DNA of 64,000 nucleotides from an uncultured Mycoplasma sp. (GTDB lineage Bacteria; Bacillota_I; Bacilli_A; Mycoplasmatales; Metamycoplasmataceae): NCBI GenBank assembly GCA_947040455.1, contig CAMRBN010000002.1, positions 11,856 to 75,855 of the forward strand, read 5' to 3'. Shown piece by piece: positions 43,122 to 54,560 of this stretch (position 1 is its first letter; each line of letters starts with the position of its first letter). The notes under the pieces were generated by a model. It saw only the letters and a program-made list of their open reading frames with translations, ran no database searches and was not told where the DNA came from. The position numbers and the translations under genes were made by a program.

Positions 43122-43955
43122 TTATATTTTTATACTTTCTACCTTAATGATTAAAGAATTTAAACAAAAATCACACTTAATTTCAATATCTTCACCTTTT
43201 TTAATGATTTCTTTTTTCTCTTTTTGAGATAATAAATTTATTGCATTTAACATTTTTTTAGATGTGCAATCACATTTTGAAAAAATTTTATGCTCTTGTA
43301 GTTCCTCGCCATCAATTAATTTTATGAAGTTTGTTAAATTAGTTTTTTTAAAATCAGTATTTTGGATTATATTTTCTATTCAAAGAACATCTTCTTCTGT
43401 GTGGTTTGGTAATAATTGAAATAATGCAGATTTTGCTCGATCAACTTCTAATGGATTATCTTCATTCAATCAAACATCATTTAGTATTGCAGAAAAAATT
43501 TGATCTGATTTATTTAAATAATAAACAAGATCCGTAATCATATCACCATTTGCTATTTGGACTTCAGAAGTATATGGATTATTCTTTGTGAAACGACTAA
43601 CTCTTACAACTCCTTCATCTCCAATTCCTAATATTAACGGAATAGTATTGTGTAGTTTGTTATTGTCATATTCTGACATGACAGTTCCATCTCCTAATAA
43701 CGCTCTGATATTGCCATCTTTGAATTCAAGTGCAAATGTTTTCATGGCACCATTAGTTTTCATTAAAACAGCGACTTTATCAATGCCATAAAGAAAACCT
43801 AGTGTTCCAAATGTGGTAATTCCATTTGCTAAAATTAAAGATGATAAAGGTGTGTACTTGTGAATATTTAAAATATCTTGAGTAACTTTTTGATAATCTG
43901 ACAAATAAATTCTAACATTATTTTTAATAATTATTTTTGTGTTTGATTCTTGCAT
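43122..43955 (-). CDS. hslO: Redox-regulated chaperone Hsp33
   Basis: The 43470-43955 piece extends through TGA codons. The C-terminal zinc centre is CDCTSKK...CDFC. Confidence 0.8.
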
Positions 43956-45196
43956 TATCTCTCCAATTTAAAATTATTTGTCATATTAACAATTTTATTT
44001 TTAATGGTTTCTTGAGCAACTTTATTGTTTGGATTGGACAATAATTGATGGATTAAATTAGCAAGAAGTTCAAAGTCACTTTCTTTCAATCCTCTTGTTG
44101 TCATGGCGGGCGTTCCTACTCTAATTCCACTTGTGACTTGTGGAGATTCAGTTTCTCCTGGGATGGTATTCTTGTTTACTGTAATATTAAATTCTTGTAG
44201 AATATCAGAAGCTTTTTTGCCTGTTAAGTTATATGTTGATTTTACATCAATGGTAAATAAGTGATTATCAGTTCCACCAGAAACAATTTTTGCTCCTAAT
44301 TTTATAAACTCATTTGCAAAAGCAATTGAGTTATTTAAAATTTGATTTTGATATATTTTAAAGCTGGGATCTAAAGCTTCTTTGAAAGCGATGGCTTTTC
44401 CAGCTATAACATGGAATAATGGACCTCCTTGATAACCAGGGAATATTCAACTATCAATCTTTTTAGCAATTGCAGCATCATTTGTCATAATGATACCACC
44501 TCTAGCACCTCTTAGTGTTTTGTGTGTTGTTGACGTTATAACGTCAGCATATCCAAATGGTGTTGGATGAAGATTCGTGGAAACAGCTCCAGCGATGTGA
44601 GCAATATCAGCTAATAGTTTAGAACCAACAGCATCAGCTATTTTCTTGAATTCTTTAAAATCTATTATTCTTGAATATGCTGAAGCACCACAAATAATTA
44701 AATCAGGTTTAACTTTTTGTGCAATTTTCATAATTTCTTGGTAATCTAATAAGCCTTCATGGTTCACATCATATGAATGCGCTTCATAAAAATATCCTGA
44801 AAAGTTAATTTTATACCCATGAGTTAAATGTCCCCCCGATGAAAGCCCCATTCCTAAAATTTTAGAACCTTGTGGTATTAATGCTGCGATAGCTGCAGCA
44901 TTGGCACTTGAACCTGAGTGAGCTTGAACATTTGCAAATTCAGCATTAAATAATTTTTTTAAACGATTAATAGCCAATGTTTCGATAACATCAATATTTT
45001 GGCAACCATCATAATAACGCTTTCCAGGATAACCCTCACCATATTTATTTGTAAGAATTGATCCAGTAGCTCTTAAAATATCGCTAGATACATAGTTTTC
45101 AGAAGCAATTAATTCAATATGAGTTTTTTGACGCTCTAATTCATTATTTATTGCCCTTTCAACTTCTTTATCTTGTAAAATTATTTTTGAATACAT
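43955..45196 (-). CDS. glyA: Serine hydroxymethyltransferase
   Basis: ...[10 protein letters not shown]...[11 protein letters not shown]...[14 protein letters not shown]... The frame continues past TGA at 44447. The stop overlaps the hslO ATG in a TAATG arrangement. Confidence 0.95.
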
Positions 45197-45236
45197 AAAA
45201 ACCTTCTTTTATATATTATATTATTAAAAGGTTTGC

Positions 45237-46253
45237 TTATTTTTTATTTTTTGTATTTTTAGAAGTTTTTTTCTTAGATTCAAACTCATTATTAGTTTTA
45301 ACTTTTTTTGAAACTTTTTTAACACCATCAATACTTTTTAAAACAGTTTTTTCAACAACTGAAACACCACTTAATTCTTCTTCTTTAGAATTTTTTTCCT
45401 TGGTTTCTTTTCTATTTTGAATTTCTTCAAGAAATCCCCCAGCTATAACTGCTCCAGGTATAGTAAAAATAGCTACTCCTACAAATGCCAAAACAATAAC
45501 CATTATTCTACCTAACTCAGTGACTGGCGATATGTCTCCATAACCTATGGTACAAATACTTACGACGGTAAAGTAATAAGAATCTCAATAATCGGTAATT
45601 TTATCATTAACACCCACCTCTGCCCTATAAATGATTACTGCAAATAATAATGTTACTAAAATAAGGAAAACAAAAACATATGTTAAAATTTTTTTCTGTT
45701 TGATAAAAATGTTGGTAAATAATCTAAAAGGAGGAACCACATTTAACAATAAAACCAACCTACCTAGTTGTAAAATAACTAAAGAAGACAATATCGTAAT
45801 AAAATTTTCTAATGCTTCATTTCCGCTAGTGCTTTCAATAAGTGGGAAAAATAATATAATAAAAGAAGGCAATATTCCGAATAACATTATTATTGAAACT
45901 CCAGTAAAAGGAAAAAACAATAAAGGATATTTAGAGTGATGGTTCGCTCTAAAACTATATGTTACTCATCTAAGGATATAATCAAAAGAAAAAACAAAAA
46001 ACATTATGACATTTAGTCATAATAAAAGGTCTTTATTACCAGTTATTAAATCACCAGCCAATAAAGGAACAAATGAAATAGAGATGGCACATAAAATACA
46101 AGCAAGATAAAATCATTTAAAAAAACTTATCTTTTTAATTTTTGTTTGATCGAGATAACTTTTATCATAGTCACTTGTAACTATGTAATTTGCTGATTTT
46201 ATAAAATCCGAATCTCGTTTAAACATCGAGAAAATATTTTTAAATATTTTCAT
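45237..46253 (-). CDS. Six-TM potassium channel (ion transport protein family)
   Basis: Selectivity filter TIGYGD (...FTVVSICTIGYGDISPVT...). An S4-like segment is LQLGRLVLLLNVVPPFRLF. Pieces 45237-45503 and 45585-45920 share one frame up to ATG at 46251-46253. Confidence 0.75.
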
Positions 46254-46261
46254 AAATTATC

Positions 46262-46528
46262 TTATTTTCTAATTCCAAGTTTTCCGATTAGTGATGAATA
46301 ACTTTCATAATTATTTTCTTTTAAATAAACAAGATATTTTTTACGTTGTTCAATTTTGGCAATAAATCCTCTTTTTGAATGTAAATCTTTTTTATTTTTT
46401 AAAAAGTGAGGTTTTAAATTTTCAATATCTTCAGTTAGTATAGCTATTTGAACTTCAATTGAACCAGAGTTTTTTTCATTTCCTCCAAATTCTTTAATAA
46501 GTTCTAATTTTTTTTCTTTTGAAACCAT
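46262..46528 (-). CDS. rpsO: 30S ribosomal protein S15
   Basis: [38 protein letters not shown]...HSKRGF... Confidence 0.95.
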   Translation of the reverse strand: MVSKEKKLELIKEFGGNEKNSGSIEVQIAILTEDIENLKPHFLKNKKDLHSKRGFIAKIEQRKKYLVYLKENNYESYSSLIGKLGIRK

Positions 46529-46614
46529 AATGATTTTCCCTTCATAAACACGTTAAATTTAGCAAATTATATTCTTAATACAATAACCAAAAATGACCTT
46601 AATGTTAATTTAAA

Positions 46615-47454
46615 TTATATATTGTTTTTTTGTAAATTATAAAAAAATTCAATACAATTTTTTTTATCTTCTTCTATAATTTTGTCAAATCTTGAGTTTA
46701 TTATTATTCTTGATTCTTGAATAATTTGGATGGTATAAAAATTATCAATAAAATCAGATTCATAGTTCAATAAAATAATTTGATCATCATATTTCATGGA
46801 AATTAATAATAAACCATGGTGTCAATAATCATCTATTGCTATTTTGATGAAATAAATTCCACTATGTGGTTTTATCAAATAGTTTGGTCAAATCATTTTG
46901 TTTTCACTGTATTGAATGTTAGGGTTATATTTAGTTAACAACAATTCATTTATTAATTTAATTTCACCTGTTGAAATCATTTCCTTAATTGAAGCAGAAG
47001 AAACTTTAATATTGTTGATTTTTTTTGTTTGACATATAAAGGTGTTTTTGAAATAATTTTTTAAGTCTTTTGAACCTCACATCCTGTTTAGTCCAAATCT
47101 AAAATCTTGTCCAACTACAAAATTTTCAACTTTATATTTTTGGATAATGTGATCAATAAAATCTTTTGCTTGTAGAGATTTAAAATCAAAATCAAAATCA
47201 ATAATGACAACAAAATCAAAACCAATTTCTGCAAGATTTGTTAATCTATTTTCAAGTGTGATAATAGTTTCTTTTTCTTTAATATTAAATAAAGTAATTC
47301 CGATTTTATTGATTTCGGAAATTTCTTTTGCTTTGTCTAAAAGTTCTTTGTGTCCCTGATGAAAAATATTGAATTTGCCAATCATAAGTGTAGATTTACT
47401 TTCAAATACCTCATTTGTGATTTCAACTTTATAATTAAAGTTATAAATGTCCAT
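46615..47454 (-). CDS. ribF: Bifunctional riboflavin kinase/FAD synthetase
   Basis: Nucleotidyltransferase motif GKFNIFHQGH is present. Pieces 46615-46797 and 47077-47454 share one frame. Confidence 0.75.
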
Positions 47455-47455
47455 A

Positions 47456-48274
47456 TTAGATAATTCCCATTTCTTTTAGCTTGTGATATGTTCCATTATC
47501 TTCAACATCTCTTGCAATATCGTTGGCGATTGTTTTTAATTCTTGAATTCCATTCTCCATAGCTATTCCCATACCTGCTGTTTGAATCATTTGAATATCA
47601 TTTTCTCCATCGCCAAATGCAATAATTTGCTCATTCTTAAAATTTAAAATATTAGCCAATCTTTCCATTGTTATTGCTTTATTTAATTTTTTCTCAGAAA
47701 CAAAAAAACCATTATTTCAAAAAGCTTGAACTGATAAAGTTGAATTACTGTTTTCAAAAAAATCCCTTGAAATATCTATTATATTTTTATTTAAGCAATT
47801 AATTGTTATCAAGTGAAATTGTTCTAGATTCATATCTGTAATATGAGAATCAAATGGTTTAAATTTATTATAAAAATCTTTTCAAAATCAATGTTCTTTA
47901 ATTTGCTCATGTGAATAAACAAAAATATTTTTATCATCACTTAAAATAACATTATTTATTTCATTAATATGTTTATCTAAAATTTGTTCCTTATAACTTA
48001 AAAAATCATTGATGCAAAGTTTTGTACTTCAAATATTTTTTTGAAATTTTGTATCATATATAAAAGAACCATTAGCCCCAATAAAATAATCAATATTTTC
48101 TGATAAATGCAAATCTCCAATCGAAACATGATCTCGACCTGATGCCAAAACAACAATATAGTTATTTTTTTTTAATAGACGAAATGTATTCAAAACATTT
48201 TCATCAAAAGACAAAGAAGTCCCCTTATATTTTATTAATGTTCCATCAATATCAAACACAATCATTTTATACAT
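47456..48274 (-). CDS. Cof-type HAD-IIB phosphatase
   Basis: MIVFDIDGTL...ASGRD...FGDGENDIQM... are HAD motifs I to IV. Two pieces share one frame. Confidence 0.8.
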
Positions 48275-49094
48275 TATTTTTTCCTAACTTATTTCCAAAT
48301 ATTTTTCTTTTAACAACTTCTTGGTTTATTATTTCAATAATACCAATAATATCATTAGTCGACTTGGAAATTATTCCATATTTATTGTTTTTTTCATTTA
48401 TAAAGGTTGGTTTACCATTTAACAAACTAGTTGTGGTAGCTAAATCTACTTCAATAAAAGGCAAATCTATTAATTGTTTAAAATTTATATTAGTGTTGCT
48501 TTGGTCTAAACCATGAACTTTTGTTCTTTCTAATTCTGACATAAATGCACCACTTCCTAGCGCTTTACCCATATCATGAATTAATGATCTAATATAAGTG
48601 CCGTTTGAAACCTCAACTTCAAATGTTAATTTATTATCTAGAAAAGAAATAATTTCTAATTTATAAATTTCAACTTTTGATGGCGACAATTTTACTTCTT
48701 TGTTATTTCTGGCTAATTCATAAGCTCTTTTCCCATTTACTTTTTTGGCAGAAAAAATAGGTGGTATTTGATTTATTTTTCCAATGAAGTCAGGAATAAT
48801 TTTTTCTATCATTTCTAAAGTAATTATCTTATCATATGTATTGATAATTTTCCCTTCTCCATCATAAGAATCTGTTTCAATGTTAAAAGTAGCCTCGGCT
48901 ATATATGTTTTATCCTTGTTGGTAATGTATTCAATCAGTTTTGTATCATCATCAGTAGCGACTAGTAATAGTCCGGTAGCCAAGGGATCCAACGTTCCTG
49001 TGTGACCAATTTTTTTAATTTGATTTTCTCTTGAAAAGTTAGAAATCGCTTTGAAACTAGAAATGCCTTTTTCTTTATATATTAGTTTAAACAT
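48267..49094 (-). CDS. truB: tRNA pseudouridine(55) synthase
   Basis: ...KIGHTGTLDPLATGLLLV... is the catalytic Asp motif. The ORF is uninterrupted. Confidence 0.9.
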   Translation of the reverse strand: MFKLIYKEKGISSFKAISNFSRENQIKKIGHTGTLDPLATGLLLVATDDDTKLIEYITNKDKTYIAEATFNIETDSYDGEGKIINTYDKIITLEMIEKIIPDFIGKINQIPPIFSAKKVNGKRAYELARNNKEVKLSPSKVEIYKLEIISFLDNKLTFEVEVSNGTYIRSLIHDMGKALGSGAFMSELERTKVHGLDQSNTNINFKQLIDLPFIEVDLATTTSLLNGKPTFINEKNNKYGIISKSTNDIIGIIEIINQEVVKRKIFGNKLGKNNV

Positions 49095-49102
49095 AATAAA
49101 AA

Positions 49103-49983
49103 TTATATACTTAAAATCAACTTATTAATTTTATTAAAAATCCTTCTAATGTTTATCGAAATTCTTGGGAATACAATCATTTTTGGATGTTTCCATTTAT
49201 TGCTAAAAATAAAGATATTTCTTAATAATAAGGTAGAGAATACATATACTGCAACTAATGAATAACATAAAATAACAATATATGGGAAAGGCAATTTACC
49301 AAATGTTTCTCAAACTATTCCGTATTGTCCTCCTATTCAATCTCCTTCAACTAATCCTGTTGCATTTCTTGTAACATCAAATTGAGTGACAAAAATCATA
49401 ATGTAGGCAAAGTAAGACAACGGAAAAACAACAACCCCAATAAAACTATTTAAACCAAATCCCTTTGAGTTCATAATAATGATTAAAGATGTAATTAGTG
49501 AAAAAAAATGCATTAAAAAATATGCTTCATTGCCAAATATAAAATCTCAACCATTAGTAACGGTATAAAAATTATTATTGGCACCAATTCCTTCTCACAT
49601 AATTTGTCCAAAAATGGTTATGGCACCTCCAAAAAAAGCTAAAGGAGCAATAACTTTTAAAATATTTCTTTGTCTATCAAATGTTAATAAAAAACAAAAT
49701 AACACTGCAGCAAAAGGACAAAGATCCAGCAAGAAAACTTTAGAAATTTTTACATTGGATTGATTATCGTTTAATGATTGGTTAAATTCACCGTTAACTA
49801 AAGATGTTCCGTTTATCAGGTTAGTTACATCTTCTTGATATCTAATTATTCAAAAATATATAAAAAATATTATTCCTAAAATTGACATTGCGTAATAATT
49901 GTTAAAAACTTTGTCAAAAAAATTATTGAAAAATAAAATACCCATAATGCCAAAGATAGTCGCAATTCCCAAATATAATCCCA
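49103..49983 (-). pseudogene. Polytopic membrane protein, apparently frameshifted at an A6/T6 tract (or N-terminally truncated)
   Basis: The main frame runs from 49103 to an in-frame TAA at 49922-49924, and its first ATG at 49886-49888 has no RBS. An ATG at 49981-49983 with AAGGAAA upstream opens a TM-like peptide MGLYLGIATIFGIMGILFFNNF... in another frame. One extra A in the run 49916-49921 would fuse the two frames. Confidence 0.5.
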
Positions 49984-50044
49984 TAAATTTTAAATTTCCT
50001 TCATTTTGAATTATAACTTTAAAATAAGGAAATTTATTCTCATT

Positions 50045-51637
50045 TTAAGAAAATGAGTTTTCAAAGTCTTCTAAAGTTGATAAATTTTTTCCAGGAAAAA
50101 TTTTAGAATCATATCCATAAATACCAATTATTTTATCTTCGGAATAAATAGTTGTATTATCTACTATAATTTTTGTTATATCAGATCCCTGCCCACTTGC
50201 GTGCAATATCATAACTAAAGTAGAATATGTAGAAAATAGGAATACCTCTTTATTGTTGGTAGGATCAGAAGCAAACACATCGTAAATAGAATAAAATTCA
50301 AAAGGAACTTTATTATCTAAAACTTGTATTCAACTACCATTATCACCAGGATATAAAACACCAATTCTTTTTTGTAAAGTTTCCAAAATATTTTCATCGG
50401 CAGGGTGACCCTTAAACCAAACAATTATTTTATCGCTTTCTGTTGGGTGTTTTGAATTAGCATAATTTTTAATTGCTACCAATGTTTTAATGTTGCTATC
50501 TATTCTTTCTTGAGTGTTCATTTTTCCACCTGAATAAATGTAATTTTTATTATTGTTCATTTGTTGTATATAAGAATCAGGATCAAAATCCTCTTTAATT
50601 TTCAAAATTTTTCTAAGAACTATTTGGTCAAAATCTTTCATAAATGTAATGATGTCCATATTTACAGAATTATATGGAGAGAAAATATCATTTTCTCCAT
50701 ATTTGTAATTTGTATTATTGTCTGGTCTATTCATTTCTGGAATAAAATCCGTTGTAGGAAGAAAGTATTTGGTTCTATTTGGATCTTTAAAGTCGATTGT
50801 CATCAAAGAAGTTAAAAACAAAAGTGCGTTATTTTTTTCTAAAAACACTTCCTTGCTTATTTGTCCATTTTTTACAGCTTGTCTCATTAGTCTGGCATTT
50901 GTATAATTTTTGTCTTCCGTGTTATATAAGTTATTAGAAAGCAAATACGCTTGTTTAAATAATTGACTAAAATATTCTACCGATTTTGTTCCATCTGAAA
51001 AAAAATTCATACTTTCCAATTGACCCAGCAAAATAAATTCATTATATATTTTTAATCTATCTAATGGAGAATTAAAACCTCTAATATACAACGATACTTT
51101 GGCCATATAAGTATAGTCATCAAAATAACCATCAACTTTCACGTTCCCCCCGAATTTATCATAAACATTTTGTAAAAATTCTAAATTATATGAATAAGTT
51201 GCGTTGTTTGACAAAACTGTTTCATTAAATTCATTATAAACAACATTAGGGAATTTTTTGAAGTAATCCATATCCAAATTCAGAAGATTAATAGCATAAA
51301 TTTCAATACGTTTCTCTGGATTTAATTCTAAAATTTTCATAATGTGTGCCACAAAAGAAAATCTTGTTATAACGCTAGCACCATTAATTTTATAAAATAA
51401 AACAGAGTCGGTTTTAGACTTCTCTATAGCATCTTGTAATAAAGCATCATGTGCGTATCTAGTTTTACTAATTTCTTCATCTTCTCTAGTTCAACCCATC
51501 AATTTATTATCGGTTTTAGTAGTTATGTTTTTTTCAATTATAACTTGAGCAAATCCGTAACTGCACAATGCAATTGACGATCCTATAACTAATGTTAAAA
51601 CAGATGGAATTATAAATTTATTCTTATTTTTTATCAT
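50045..51637 (-). CDS. Lipoprotein (about 530 aa) with bacterial sialyltransferase-like (GT80/HP-motif) signature
   Basis: ATG at 51635-51637 follows AGGAAG. The signal peptide plus Cys is MIKNKNKFIIPSVLTLVIGSSIALCS. The frame is continuous through TGA codons at 50330 and upstream. Ordered motifs are FFSDGT, YIYSGG, VWFKGHP, VPFEF and FSTYST. The gene boundaries are solid, but the family assignment is a hypothesis. Confidence 0.6.
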
Positions 51638-51648
51638 ACAATCACTTC

Positions 51649-52020
51649 CTATCAATTCGTTAATAATTTTTTATACATGAAAAAACTAATCAAACTATTT
51701 CAAAAGAAAAAAATTGTTGCTGCAATAAAATATTTTTTAGGTTGACCTGATTTGTTTTTCAAAAATTGTTGATTGTTTAAAATAATTTTTGAAAAACAAA
51801 TAGTTATCAATATCAGTGACACAAGTAAAATACCAGCACAAACTCCCAAAAAACTTATTCATAAAACAGAATTTAAAGGATCTATAAATAATTGCACACA
51901 AACAAATATAAGTAAGCTTGTAAAGAATACATTTAATATAGATAAGTAAATTCCGGTATTTACAACAAAAGAAATGCATTTTTGGCTTTCTTTCTTATTA
52001 TGCTGTTTTTGAATTGTCAT
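51649..52020 (-). CDS. Small three-TM membrane protein (paralog B, about 123 aa)
   Basis: ATG at 52018-52020 lies 1 nt after the stop of the upstream paralog. MTIQKQHNKKESQKCISFVVNTGIYLSILNVFF... It is read through three TGA codons to TAG at 51649. Confidence 0.55.
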
Positions 52021-52021
52021 T

Positions 52022-52378
52022 TTATATTTTTCTTTCTTTTAAATAAATGAAAATGAAAATGAAATAAGATAACAGTTGCAATATTCAAAAAATGAATGCA
52101 GCTATTCAAAAAGAAAATTCATTTTCTTGATTTTTAACTAATGAATTTTTGCTTAAAATTACTGTTGTGTATAATATTATATTAATTACAAATGAAATAA
52201 AAAAAACTACTGATAAAGAAATAAGGGTTGGTGGTCAAAAACCTTGAACAGAATCTAATAAATAGATTGTAGTTCCTGTTACAATTGTTACAAATAAAAT
52301 AAAACATAATATTGATAAAATTATACCGGTAATCAAAGTGGAAATAATTTTTTTATGTGTGTGTGTGTGTGATTTCAT
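52022..52378 (-). CDS. Small three-TM membrane protein (paralog A, about 118 aa) with (CA)8 and A7 tracts at codons 3-10
   Basis: ATG at 52376-52378 lies only about 10 nt downstream of TATAAT (52389-52394, minus strand). MKSHTHTHKKIISTLITGIILSILCFILFV... It is read through TGA codons to TAA at 52022. Confidence 0.55.
52356..52371. repeat. Dinucleotide repeat (TG)8, which is (CA)8 on the coding strand
   Basis: Read directly as tgtgtgtgtgtgtgtg. It is immediately adjacent to a T7 run at 52348-52354. Confidence 0.95.
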
Positions 52379-52559
52379 AATTAAAAACATTATACAATAT
52401 TTTAATTATAAATTGTGAAAAATTTTGTTAAAGAAAATAACATTTTAATATAAATAATTTTGTATAATACTTTATAAGTTACTTTTTGTAACCATACCAA
52501 AGAGGTTAATTAAGATGAAAATCACCTTAAGGATGAGAATTTAAAAATTAGGAGATGCA

Positions 52560-52859
52560 ATGATTGCAATAATTAAAACTGGTGGTAAACAACTACTTGT
52601 AGAAAAAGACTCGATTATATATATAGAGAAAATTGAAGGAGAAGCTGGAGACCAAGTTGTTTTTGATGAAGTTCTAGTTATGGGAGACAAAATCGGGTTA
52701 CCGCTTTTAGAAAACACAACTGTAACAGGCCTTATTGAAAAACAAGGAAAACACAAAAAAATTGTAGTTTATCGTCATAATGCTAAATCAACACACAAAA
52801 GAAAGCTTGGTCATCGTCAACCTTATACTCGTGTAAAAATAATTGAGATGAAAGGTTAG
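52560..52859 (+). CDS. rplU: 50S ribosomal protein L21
   Basis: A TTAGGAG RBS lies upstream. MIAIIKTGGKQLLVEKDSIIYIEKI...HRQPYTRVKI... Confidence 0.95.
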   Translation: MIAIIKTGGKQLLVEKDSIIYIEKIEGEAGDQVVFDEVLVMGDKIGLPLLENTTVTGLIEKQGKHKKIVVYRHNAKSTHKRKLGHRQPYTRVKIIEMKG

Positions 52860-52869
52860 GTGATAGAAT

Positions 52870-53172
52870 ATGGCAAAAACAAAAGCAGCTGGTTCTAGTA
52901 AGAATGGACGTGATTCTGCCGGAAGACGTCTTGGTTGAAAATTAAGTGATGGTCAATACGGAAATGCAGGATCAATAATTTTTAGACAAAGAGGTACTAA
53001 AATTCATCCTGGGGATAATGTAGGTCGCGGTAATGATGATACACTTTATGCTTTGATAGATGGTTATATTAAGTATGGAGATAAAAGAAATAAAAAAATT
53101 GTTTCAGTTTATCCAGAACGTATAATAACACCTAAAAAAATAAAAATTCAAAGAACAAAGAAAACTTTATAA
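52870..53172 (+). CDS. rpmA: 50S ribosomal protein L27 (no N-terminal propeptide)
   Basis: [29 protein letters not shown]...[13 protein letters not shown]... Confidence 0.95.
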
Positions 53173-53198
53173 TAAATTTTTAAATTTAAATAATTTAC

Positions 53199-53220
53199 AA
53201 AATCCAAATGTGGGTTTTTT
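53199..53220 (+). terminator. Possible terminator after rpmA
   Basis: AAAATCCA pairs with TGGGTTTT with one G-T pair, followed by a T run. Confidence 0.4.
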
Positions 53221-53315
53221 AATTTATTGAAATTTATTATAGATGATATATAATATAAGATGTAAGTATAAGTTTTAATTTTAATTAATTCTAATATTTA
53301 TTTTATATAAAAAGG

Positions 53316-54536
<1,221 letters not shown>

Positions 54537-54560
54537 AAAACAATAAAAAAGGAAAAAAAT

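Noticed and set aside
51737-51979. An 80-aa minus-strand ORF from the track (MHFFCCKYRNLL…).
   Set aside because: It is Cys/Phe-rich nonsense in the wrong frame. The same DNA in another frame, using code 4, gives a coherent three-TM protein with a start codon abutting the upstream paralog's stop.
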